Source: a virus
Direction: 5' to 3' (one strand)
Length of the DNA: 38,873 bases
IMG/VR virus record: IMGVR_UViG_3300002138_000031
Span: 1-38,873 of that record
Shown here: in pieces, positions 24,971-32,230 of the stretch
Layout of the letters: each line of letters opens with the position of its first letter
Position numbering within the stretch: the first letter of the stretch is position 1
Made by a program: the position numbers and the translations under genes
Notes under the pieces: generated by a model
Databases searched by the model: none
Told to the model about the DNA's origin: nothing
What the model saw: only the letters and a program-made list of their open reading frames with translations

Positions 24971-25310
24971 ATTAATATCAAACGAGCAAGTAGATAAGAT
25001 AGTTACTATACTTTCACAAGCAAAGGACAGACTATCTATGTGGAGTGATAATTATGCTACTGAGCATGGATTACCCCAAAAGTCAGAAGATACTATCTTA
25101 GATTCAAAACTAAGTAAGTTAATAGCAGAGATTCAAACCTTATCACCTGCATTGACTGGTAACTTTGGCAAATCAATAAGAGAACCTAAATGGGATAACT
25201 TAGAATCTGAGTATTTTAAAATCACAGGGGAAACAATAGCAATATCTAGCCAAGTAGAATATGAAACCTATACTTTAGAACTTAATAAAATTAATCACTT
25301 AAACGTATGA
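24963..25310 (+). CDS. Early hypothetical protein (115 aa)
   Basis: Track ORF that overlaps the neighbouring genes. Confidence 0.55.
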   Translation: MNKLISNEQVDKIVTILSQAKDRLSMWSDNYATEHGLPQKSEDTILDSKLSKLIAEIQTLSPALTGNFGKSIREPKWDNLESEYFKITGETIAISSQVEYETYTLELNKINHLNV

Positions 25311-25543
25311 ACGATTGGCAAAGATCATTAGATAAATATTTAACTAGTGAACCTAATGATGGGTTTAATAACTGGGTTGAATTATTAGTAGATGAACTTA
25401 ATGATGAGACATATTTAAAGCATGAAGATTGGTTATTATTTAGTAGCGAGTCTAGCGAATGGTTTGGAGAATTGTTTGATAGAGGATATAACCCCCAAAA
25501 AGGCGCAGAAATAATAGAAAGAATTTTAAAATATAAAATATGA
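25307..25543 (+). CDS. Early acidic Trp-rich hypothetical protein (78 aa)
   Basis: Track ORF with ATGA coupling. Confidence 0.5.
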   Translation: MNDWQRSLDKYLTSEPNDGFNNWVELLVDELNDETYLKHEDWLLFSSESSEWFGELFDRGYNPQKGAEIIERILKYKI

Positions 25544-25890
25544 TAATCATTCCTACAATAATAGAAAGTATAGCCACTAGAAAAGATAACACTATAAGCA
25601 TTAGATTAGCGTGTAATGAACTTGCCCCATCTGATGTAGGGGTTATTATGTCAATGCACAATAAATACGCTTACGCTGCAATTAAACCTGAAAATTTCAC
25701 AAAGACTGAATTAGATTTAATACAGAATTTAAAAGTAGATGAAAGTATAGGTAAAAGCCCAAGTCAAAGGTTAAGGGGTGTAATGTTTAGAAATTGGGAG
25801 AATGAGAATGAGGGTTATAAAGATTTTGAAGGTTACTACATTAATAAAATGGATCAAATCATAACACATTTAAAAAACAAATTACAATGA
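25540..25890 (+). CDS. Early hypothetical protein (116 aa)
   Basis: Track ORF with ATGA coupling. Confidence 0.55.
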   Translation: MIIIPTIIESIATRKDNTISIRLACNELAPSDVGVIMSMHNKYAYAAIKPENFTKTELDLIQNLKVDESIGKSPSQRLRGVMFRNWENENEGYKDFEGYYINKMDQIITHLKNKLQ

Positions 25891-26096
25891 AAACAACTGA
25901 ACAAATAAACGGCTTTGAAGTAAACATTGAATGGGAGTTTAAAGAAATAGTAGACACCCATGATAGCAACTGGGCAGAATGGTCGGTAATCGGTAAAAGT
26001 GAAGATGGCAGAAAATATCAAGGCACTTGCTTTGCTGATGCTACCTTCCCGACATCTCAATATGACAAACAAATTTTAAACATTGAAGAAATATGA
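25887..26096 (+). CDS. Early hypothetical protein (69 aa)
   Basis: Track ORF with ATGA coupling. Confidence 0.5.
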   Translation: MKTTEQINGFEVNIEWEFKEIVDTHDSNWAEWSVIGKSEDGRKYQGTCFADATFPTSQYDKQILNIEEI

Positions 26097-26236
26097 CACC
26101 ATCACAATTAAGCGTACAGACAATAGATTATTGCAATGTAATGAACTACAATGCTATCTTAGTTGCTAAATTAAAGCGTTTTCATCAAATACAATTAATC
26201 AGAATTAACCACAAAAAAACATTAAAAAGTAAATAA
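26093..26236 (+). CDS. Mini-ORF (47 aa) ending early operon 1
   Basis: My own translation: MTPSQLSVQTIDYCNVMNYNAILVAKLKRFHQIQLIRINHKKTLKSK. ATGA overlap with the previous stop. Confidence 0.35.
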   Translation: MTPSQLSVQTIDYCNVMNYNAILVAKLKRFHQIQLIRINHKKTLKSK

Positions 26237-26238
26237 TA

Positions 26239-26270
26239 TTTGTTTATTTAAATAAATAACTTTAATGTTG
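26239..26270 (+). promoter_or_regulatory. Early promoter P2 (-33 TTTG, -7 TAatGTTG, then CAATACA)
   Basis: TTTG at 26239..26242 and TAatGTTG at 26263..26270, with a 20-nt spacer. The palindrome TTATTTAAATAA lies between the two boxes. Confidence 0.5.
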
Positions 26271-26275
26271 CAATA

Positions 26276-26368
26276 CATTACGCCAAAATAAAAAAAACAT
26301 TTACCCCCTTTCTTCTCAATTATTCTTTACTGGCGTAATGGTATGCCGAGTGGATAAGGGGGTTTTTT
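26276..26368 (+). promoter_or_regulatory. Structured 5' leader: two crossing helices plus U-tract (attenuator/terminator-like)
   Basis: CATTACGCCA (26276..26285) is a perfect complement of TGGCGTAATG (26331..26340). ACCCCCTT (26303..26310) is a perfect complement of AAGGGGGT (26356..26363), followed by T6. An alternative local hairpin GGCGTA/TATGCC lies at 26332..26347. Confidence 0.6.
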
Positions 26369-26378
26369 ATAAAAAAAT

Positions 26379-27746
26379 ATGAACTACAAAGAATTTATAG
26401 AATCAAAAAAACACTCAATAGGTAATTTTGGATTTGATCCTAAATATATACCCGATATTGCGTTTGACTTCCAACAAGAAATTATTACAAGAGCTGTAAA
26501 AAAAGGTCGTATGGCTGTTTTTGCCGATACTGGACTAGGTAAAACATTAATACAATTAGCAATAGCTAAAAATATAATCGAAGAAACAAATAAAAAGGTC
26601 TTGATATTAACACCATTAGCAGTGGCATTCCAATTTATATTAGAAGCCAATAAACTAGGCATAGATGACATTGAATATTCTAAAGATGGTAATCACACCA
26701 AAAAAATAGTTATATGCAATTATGAGCGTTTACATTATTTCAATAGCGAAGATTTTGTCGGGGTTATTTTAGACGAAAGTTCTATATTGAAAAACTTTGA
26801 CGGCAAAATAAAAGGTCAAGTTACTGCATTTGTAAAGAAGATACCTTATAGATTTTTAAGCACTGCAACCCCAAGCCCTAATGATTTTATTGAATTAGGT
26901 ACAAGTTCAGAAGCTTTAGGGTATATGGGATATATGGATATGCTAGGTAAGTTTTTTAAGAACAATCAAAATAGCGTAGATTCAAACAATAGAAATATAG
27001 GCGAAAAGTTCTATTTAAAGCCACACGCTGAAACGGATTTTTTTGCATGGGTGAATCAATGGGCTATTATGGTAAAAATGCCTAGTGACTTAGGATTTTC
27101 AAATGAAAGATACCAGTTGCCAAATTTAATAGTGAATAAACACATTGTTAAAAATCAATCATTAATTGATATAAACGGTCAAGTGCAACTATTCACACCA
27201 ATGGCAAAGTCAATGACAGAGGTAAGGCACGAGCAAAAACAAACAGAAGAAAAAAGATGTGAAAAGGCTATCGAGTTGGCTGATGGTAAAACCTCTGTAT
27301 ATTGGTGCAACACTAACAACGAAAGTGCAATATTAAAGGCTTCTGATAAAGAAGCTGTAGAAATTATAGGCAGTCAATCAATAGATAAAAAAGAAGAAAT
27401 ACTTTTAGCGTTTGCAAATGGCGAAATTAAAAGACTTATAACTAAAGCTAAAATGACATCAATGGGGTTAAACTGGCAACATTGCAATCATTCAGTATTT
27501 TTCCCTACATGGTCATACGAGCAATATTACCAAGCAATTAGAAGGTTTTGGAGGTTTGGACAAACTAAAGACGTAACTATTGAAATGGTTTTATCCGATG
27601 GGCAAACAAGGGTAACTGAGGCTTTAGAACAAAAAACCAAAAAGGCTATTGAATTATATGAGAATTTGACAAAAAATGTCAATCAATCATTTGAAAACAA
27701 AAACAAAGAATTTAACAAACAAATAATAAAACCATCATTTATATGA
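26379..27746 (+). CDS. SNF2/DEAD-like superfamily 2 helicase
   Basis: Motif I FADTGLGKT, motif II VILDESSILKN, motif III LSTATPSPND, and a C-terminal helicase domain (TSMGLNWQHCNHSVFF ... QAIRRFWRFGQ). Confidence 0.85.
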   Translation: MNYKEFIESKKHSIGNFGFDPKYIPDIAFDFQQEIITRAVKKGRMAVFADTGLGKTLIQLAIAKNIIEETNKKVLILTPLAVAFQFILEANKLGIDDIEYSKDGNHTKKIVICNYERLHYFNSEDFVGVILDESSILKNFDGKIKGQVTAFVKKIPYRFLSTATPSPNDFIELGTSSEALGYMGYMDMLGKFFKNNQNSVDSNNRNIGEKFYLKPHAETDFFAWVNQWAIMVKMPSDLGFSNERYQLPNLIVNKHIVKNQSLIDINGQVQLFTPMAKSMTEVRHEQKQTEEKRCEKAIELADGKTSVYWCNTNNESAILKASDKEAVEIIGSQSIDKKEEILLAFANGEIKRLITKAKMTSMGLNWQHCNHSVFFPTWSYEQYYQAIRRFWRFGQTKDVTIEMVLSDGQTRVTEALEQKTKKAIELYENLTKNVNQSFENKNKEFNKQIIKPSFI

Positions 27747-28753
27747 GCCAAGTAAAAGACCAATTAATCACAGACAAGTACGCAATTTATAACGGGGATT
27801 GTATGGATGTTCTCCCAAAAATAGAGGACAATAGTATAGACCTATGTATTTATAGCCCCCCATTTGCAAACTTGTACACCTATTCAAGCTCTGAAAAAGA
27901 TTTTAGTAATGTTTCAGATACGAATGAATTTTTAACACAATTTGAATTTTTAGTAAAAGAGCTTTCAAGGGTAACAAAGTTGGGTAGAATAAATGCTTTA
28001 CACGTTACCGATATTTGCGATGTGTCTGGAACGTTATCTGACTTCCCAAATAAAATAATAGAATTGTATAAAAAAAACGGTTTTGAATATAAAAATAAGA
28101 TTACTGTCTGGAAAGAACCCTTAAAGGTAAGAATAAGAACGATGGTACAAAGTTTAATGCACAAATTTATAGTAGAAGATAGTACCAAATGTTTTACCGC
28201 AAATCCCGACTATATTCTAATTTTTAGAAAAAAAGGAGAAAATAAAGTACCAGTAACTCACCCATTCGGGTTAACCCATTATGCTGGGGAAATTCCAATT
28301 TTACCAAATATGTTAAGGGCTTACAATAATGCAAACAATACAAAATTCACTGCTGATGAAATGTGGGAATATCTTTTAAAAACAAATGAAGAAGATAAAA
28401 TAACTAAGTTAAATCATTATATTTGGCAAAGGTACGCTTCAAGTGTTTGGGATGATGTAAGAGAGGGGAATGTTATGCCATTCCATGACGCAAAAGAAGA
28501 AGATGACGAGAAACACGTCACGCCCACTCAATTAGATGTTTTAGATAGGTTAGTTGATTTATATAGCAATCCCAATGAAGTTGTATTAAGTCCATTTATG
28601 GGTGTAGGTAGTGACATTTTCAGTCCAGTTTCAATGGGTCGTAAAGCAATAGGTATAGAATTAAAAGATAGTTACTATAAACAAGCTATTTTGAATTTAA
28701 AAGAAGCTGAAAAGAGATACAAACAGAAAGTAAAACAGGAAAGTATGTTTTAA
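27743..28753 (+). CDS. Beta-class N4/N6 DNA methyltransferase (SPPF motif suggests N4-cytosine)
   Basis: An N-terminal catalytic motif IDLCIYSPPFANLYTY precedes the C-terminal AdoMet motif VVLSPFMGVGSD. This is the N6_N4_Mtase (beta) motif order. SPP[FY] rather than DPPY is typical of m4C enzymes. Confidence 0.85.
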   Translation: MSQVKDQLITDKYAIYNGDCMDVLPKIEDNSIDLCIYSPPFANLYTYSSSEKDFSNVSDTNEFLTQFEFLVKELSRVTKLGRINALHVTDICDVSGTLSDFPNKIIELYKKNGFEYKNKITVWKEPLKVRIRTMVQSLMHKFIVEDSTKCFTANPDYILIFRKKGENKVPVTHPFGLTHYAGEIPILPNMLRAYNNANNTKFTADEMWEYLLKTNEEDKITKLNHYIWQRYASSVWDDVREGNVMPFHDAKEEDDEKHVTPTQLDVLDRLVDLYSNPNEVVLSPFMGVGSDIFSPVSMGRKAIGIELKDSYYKQAILNLKEAEKRYKQKVKQESMF

Positions 28754-28765
28754 AGTAAATAAACC

Positions 28766-29050
28766 ATGAATCAACTATCATTTTTCAATACAACAGGGGA
28801 AAGCGGTGAAACCTTAGAAAAACAGGTTAAAAAAGCAACCCATCAAAACGAGGTAATACTTTCGGTATTTAAAAGATATGAAGGCGCTGAGTTTACTGGG
28901 TCTGATATTTGCAATATGACAAGGTATTTACTTACATCATGTAGACGTAGTATAACGGTCTTACACGACAAAGAATTGCTTATCAGAACAGGTAAAAGAT
29001 GGAATAAAGATACTGGAGCAAATGAATTTACTTACAGATTTAAAAATTAA
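28766..29050 (+). CDS. Small winged-helix-like DNA-binding protein (putative)
   Basis: 94 aa. ICNMTRYLLTSCRRSITVLHDKELLIRTGKRW resembles a recognition helix plus wing. Located between the two DNA methyltransferase genes. Confidence 0.35.
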   Translation: MNQLSFFNTTGESGETLEKQVKKATHQNEVILSVFKRYEGAEFTGSDICNMTRYLLTSCRRSITVLHDKELLIRTGKRWNKDTGANEFTYRFKN

Positions 29051-29464
29051 ATGAAGAATAGAAATTTAACACATAGCGATAATTGGGCTACTCCAAAAGA
29101 GTTGTACGATATGTTAAACACTGAGTTTAATTTTGATTTTGACCCATGCCCATTACATTCTAACTTCGATGGGTTATTAATTGAGTGGGGTAAATCTAAT
29201 TTCATTAATCCTCCTTATTCGAGATTATTGAAAGAGGCTTTTATAATAAAGGCAATCGAAGAAAGTAAAAAAGGTAAACTATGTGTAATGTTATTACCAG
29301 TCAGCACAAGTACAAAAATATTCCATGATCACATATTGCCAAATGCAAAAGAGATCCGATTCTTAAAGGGGAGAGTTAAATTTTTAGGGCTAAATACCAA
29401 AGGTGAATATGTTACAAATAAAGCACCTATGCACGATTCAATGATTATAATATTTAAAAATTAA
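29051..29464 (+). CDS. Phage Dam-type N6-adenine DNA methyltransferase
   Basis: NWATPKELYDMLNTEFNFDFDPCP at the N-terminus and the catalytic NFINPPYS (NPPY) match the small phage Dam family layout. Confidence 0.8.
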   Translation: MKNRNLTHSDNWATPKELYDMLNTEFNFDFDPCPLHSNFDGLLIEWGKSNFINPPYSRLLKEAFIIKAIEESKKGKLCVMLLPVSTSTKIFHDHILPNAKEIRFLKGRVKFLGLNTKGEYVTNKAPMHDSMIIIFKN

Positions 29465-29466
29465 CC

Positions 29467-29497
29467 TTTGATATTTCAAAAATAAATATTAGGTTTG
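29467..29497 (+). promoter_or_regulatory. Early promoter P3 (-33 TTTG, -7 TAggTTTG, then CAATAAG)
   Basis: TTTG at 29467..29470 and TAggTTTG at 29490..29497, with a 19-nt spacer. Confidence 0.55.
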
Positions 29498-29506
29498 CAA
29501 TAAGTA

Positions 29507-29594
29507 CTACCACATGATCAATAAACTTTATACATTAAAACCCCTTAATCAATCTAATGCCTGTGGTAGGGCTAAGTGCGAAAGAGGGGTTTTT
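29507..29594 (+). promoter_or_regulatory. Structured 5' leader, second copy of the crossing-helix plus U-tract architecture
   Basis: CTACCACA (29507..29514) complements TGTGGTAG (29562..29569). AAAACCCCT (29537..29545) complements AGGGGTTTT (29585..29593), with a U-run. The geometry matches 26276..26368 but the helix sequences differ. Confidence 0.6.
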
Positions 29595-29611
29595 ATATTT
29601 TTACACAAATA

Positions 29612-30283
29612 ATGGCTAAAAGATTTACTGACACATCTAAATGGAATAAACCCTTTGTAAGGGGCTTAGACGCACCTTATAAACTATTTTGGTTTTATAT
29701 ACTAGACGATTGCGACCATGCTGGGATTTGGCAAGTTGATATTGAAGTTGCTCAAATAAGAATAGGTTGTAATATAGATTTAATTTCAGCGTTAAAGGTT
29801 TTTAATAATCATATAAAAGTATTTGACGATGGGCAAAAATGGTTTATACCTGATTTTATAGACTTCCAATATGGTGAACTTAACCCTGCTAATCGTGTAC
29901 ATCAGTCTATTTTATTATTACATAAGAAATATAAAATTAAGCCCCTAACAAGCCCCTTACAAGGTGCTATAGATAAAGATAAAGACAAGGATAAAGATAA
30001 AGATAAAGACAGCGACAAAACTGAATTTCAACAAACATTTGATTCTTTTTTAGAAATGAGAAAGAAGATAAAAAAACCTGCAACCGATACCGCAATAGAT
30101 TTACTTAAAAAGAAACTGACTACACTTTCAAATAGTAATACAGATTTAGCGATAAAGATATTAAACCAATCAATTATTAATTCATGGCAAGATGTGTATG
30201 AACTTAAAGTAGATAAGCAAAAATCAATAGACTTAGCCCCGAAAAAATTAAGAGACATTAACATTGATGAAATCAAATATTAA
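29612..30283 (+). CDS. Replication initiation/organiser protein with DnaD-like C-terminal domain
   Basis: ATG 29612 (MAKRFTDTSKWNKPF...). The track's GTG at 29576 lies inside the leader hairpin. A (KD)n linker DKDKDKDKDKDKDKDSDK is followed by FDSFLEMRKKIKKP...ILNQSIINSWQDVY, which is DnaD-like. Unverified. Confidence 0.5.
   Translation: MAKRFTDTSKWNKPFVRGLDAPYKLFWFYILDDCDHAGIWQVDIEVAQIRIGCNIDLISALKVFNNHIKVFDDGQKWFIPDFIDFQYGELNPANRVHQSILLLHKKYKIKPLTSPLQGAIDKDKDKDKDKDKDSDKTEFQQTFDSFLEMRKKIKKPATDTAIDLLKKKLTTLSNSNTDLAIKILNQSIINSWQDVYELKVDKQKSIDLAPKKLRDINIDEIKY
29972..30018 (+). repeat. Hexanucleotide GATAAA-type microsatellite encoding a (DK)n linker
   Basis: gataaagataaagacaaggataaagataaagataaagacagcgacaaa, in frame within the replication protein. 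Confidence 0.85.
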
Positions 30284-30860
30284 ATTATACCCGCAAAAAT
30301 TATTAGTATCTGTTTGGCAAAGGTACGGTGAAAAGGTTTACAGAGGTTTTCAAGTAGATCAAGAGTGCGCTCATTACGTTAGATTCTTTTGCCAGGAGCG
30401 TGAACAATATTACCCAGCTTTAAAAGATAATCCAAATAAAGGGTTTTTTGTTTATGGTTCTAAGGGGGTTGGCAAGACATTAAATTTCTTTGTTTATAGG
30501 AAAATACAAACTAAATACGGAGAACGTGGTATGATGATAATTTCAGCTAAACAGATTGAAACTAATTTTAAAATAAATGGTGAGGCTTATATTTCTATGT
30601 TGGTAAATGTTCCTGAGTTAATGATTGATGATATAGGAACTGAGAGCCAAGTATTAAAAGATTACGGCACTGATAGGAATTTGATACATGATATTTTAAT
30701 TCAGAGGTATGTAGGATTTCAGAGGGGTGAAAATATAACACATGGCACAACTAATTTAAGTATGGATTTATTAAAGCAGTTTTACGATGCTAGGTTATTT
30801 GATAGAATGAAGGAAATGTTTATCCCTAAAAAGATAGTAGGAGAATCTAAAAGAAAATGA
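30264..30860 (+). CDS. DnaC/IstB-like AAA+ ATPase (helicase loader)
   Basis: Walker A FVYGSKGVGKT and Walker B ELMIDDIGTE. 198 aa, directly after the DnaD-like gene. Confidence 0.7.
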   Translation: MMKSNIKLYPQKLLVSVWQRYGEKVYRGFQVDQECAHYVRFFCQEREQYYPALKDNPNKGFFVYGSKGVGKTLNFFVYRKIQTKYGERGMMIISAKQIETNFKINGEAYISMLVNVPELMIDDIGTESQVLKDYGTDRNLIHDILIQRYVGFQRGENITHGTTNLSMDLLKQFYDARLFDRMKEMFIPKKIVGESKRK

Positions 30861-31054
30861 CAAAAGATTTAATAGCAGATATAGTATTAATGTATATAGG
30901 GGAGTTTAAAGATTCTACTATTAATGGGTCTATATTAGTTGTTAAATTTCAAGATAAAGAAACTATGTTTTTAGATTTAAACCAGATGCAATATTTATAC
31001 GAAACAGACCAATTAGAAAAAGAAATTTATGATAAGATTAACGGAAATAAATAG
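30857..31054 (+). CDS. Hypothetical protein (65 aa)
   Basis: Track ORF with ATGA coupling. Confidence 0.45.
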   Translation: MTKDLIADIVLMYIGEFKDSTINGSILVVKFQDKETMFLDLNQMQYLYETDQLEKEIYDKINGNK

Positions 31055-31436
31055 TGAGATATTCAAATTGAATAACCAAATAATAGATTTAATAAAAGAA
31101 AGGGATTTATTGATCGGGGATATAATTAGTGTTCCTTTAAATAAACACGATATAATTATAAAGGTAGTATCTGAAACAACTGGTGTGTCTATTGATTTTA
31201 TAAAGGCAAAAGATAGGCATAGACATATAGTTGAGGCAAGACATATAACGTCAGTATTACTTAAAAAATATACAAAATATTCATTGTCTATGATTGGGCA
31301 AATATTAGGGTTAAAAGACCATGCAACGGTCATACACGCAATAAATAAACATGAAGATAGATTGTGTATAAATGATAAAAAGTATATAGAGTTATACGAA
31401 CAATGTGAAAACAATTTAAACAAAATAATACAATGA
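31029..31436 (+). CDS. DnaA C-terminal (domain IV) HTH protein
   Basis: GVSIDFIKAKDRHRHIVEARHITSVLLKKYTKYSLSMIGQILGLKDHATVIHAINK matches the Bac_DnaA_C pattern (R..iv.aR.ia.yL....t..S...IG..fg.rDHsTVihA). Confidence 0.8.
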   Translation: MIRLTEINSEIFKLNNQIIDLIKERDLLIGDIISVPLNKHDIIIKVVSETTGVSIDFIKAKDRHRHIVEARHITSVLLKKYTKYSLSMIGQILGLKDHATVIHAINKHEDRLCINDKKYIELYEQCENNLNKIIQ

Positions 31437-31561
31437 AAAAGACAATTTACATTTTACTAATTATATTATCTATATTGCTAATGGTAAAATATACAGATAA
31501 ACCATGCACAAAAAAAGAGTGTTATGGTAGAGGGTTTCACGCTAAACACATAGACAAATGA
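31433..31561 (+). CDS. Mini-ORF (42 aa) with N-terminal hydrophobic segment
   Basis: My own translation: MKKTIYILLIILSILLMVKYTDKPCTKKECYGRGFHAKHIDK. ATGA overlaps at both ends. Confidence 0.35.
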   Translation: MKKTIYILLIILSILLMVKYTDKPCTKKECYGRGFHAKHIDK

Positions 31562-31647
31562 CGTACATTTACTTTTTAGATTTAGTGGTAATAGGCTGCT
31601 TTACATTAATGGTTAGAAATAATATTTTAAATAAAATAAAGTTATGA
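31558..31647 (+). CDS. Mini-ORF (29 aa) membrane peptide
   Basis: My own translation: MTYIYFLDLVVIGCFTLMVRNNILNKIKL. ATGA overlaps at both ends, linking 31433..31561 to 31644..31880. Confidence 0.3.
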   Translation: MTYIYFLDLVVIGCFTLMVRNNILNKIKL

Positions 31648-31880
31648 CCAATGAACAAATATATGAGTTAGTCTGTAAATTACACTTTAAAACAGATTTA
31701 AGTAATGCTGAAATAGCAAAGGAATTACAGAAAGAAGGTGTTACTCAATATACACATCAAGCAATGTCCTTAGTAGTTTATGACGACTTAAATATAGCGG
31801 TAAGTAGAATAATCAGAAGTGAACAAATAAGCCATGAAAAGGCAAAAGAATTTACAAAAAATAGAAAAATATATTGGTAA
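31644..31880 (+). CDS. Small HTH-like protein (78 aa)
   Basis: KTDLSNAEIAKELQKEGVTQYTHQAMS resembles a helix-turn-helix. Confidence 0.35.
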   Translation: MTNEQIYELVCKLHFKTDLSNAEIAKELQKEGVTQYTHQAMSLVVYDDLNIAVSRIIRSEQISHEKAKEFTKNRKIYW

Positions 31881-32146
31881 TGGCAACAGGCGAATTACAA
31901 CTATTTTTAGAGATATGGTCAGAGAGAGAACATATTTCTGAGTTAAGTGGTAAGCCTTTATTAAATATTGGGCATAGTAAGTGGCATTGGCAGTTCCTTC
32001 ATGTGTTACCCAAAGGACGTTTTAAAAGTTTGAGATTAGATAAGAGAAACATATTACTTGCATTGCCAGAAGAACACGATCACCAAGATAGGTATGAAGT
32101 ATTTGTTAAGCGCAAAGAGGAGTTACTTTTAGAAATATATGGGTAA
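31874..32146 (+). CDS. Degenerate HNH-like protein lacking the zinc cysteines
   Basis: LFLEIWSEREHISELSGKPL ... FLHVLPKGRFKSLRLDKRNILLALPEEHD parallels small phage HNH proteins, but the usual Cys positions are S/L/A. Confidence 0.35.
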   Translation: MVMATGELQLFLEIWSEREHISELSGKPLLNIGHSKWHWQFLHVLPKGRFKSLRLDKRNILLALPEEHDHQDRYEVFVKRKEELLLEIYG

Positions 32147-32218
32147 GATAATTAGCGATTTAAGGTATAAAAATAAACAATAACTTATAAAACACTTTTT
32201 TAATTGAAATATATTTAT

Positions 32219-32226
32219 TAGATTTG
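32219..32226 (+). promoter_or_regulatory. -7 promoter box TAgaTTTG, 4 nt before the start codon
   Basis: ttagatttgaagtATG, in an 84-nt AT-rich gap after the replication operon. Confidence 0.45.
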
Positions 32227-32230
32227 AAGT

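Noticed and set aside
26349-26357. DnaA-box-like AGTGGATAA (8 of 9 matches to TGTGGATAA) inside the first leader
   Set aside because: It is a single imperfect box with no cluster nearby. The equivalent position in the second leader has no such box, so it is probably coincidental.
29576-29611. GTG start at 29576 for the replication organiser gene, as given by the ORF track
   Set aside because: It lies inside the G-rich arm and U-tract of the leader hairpin. The in-frame ATG at 29612 (MAKRFTDTSKW) just after the structure is the more plausible start.
31013-31423. 136-aa minus-strand ORF
   Set aside because: It is fully antisense to the well-supported DnaA-domain-IV gene. Its translation is a hydrophobic Phe/Ile/Leu/Ser-rich string typical of antisense frames in AT-rich DNA, and it has no promoter or partner genes on that strand.
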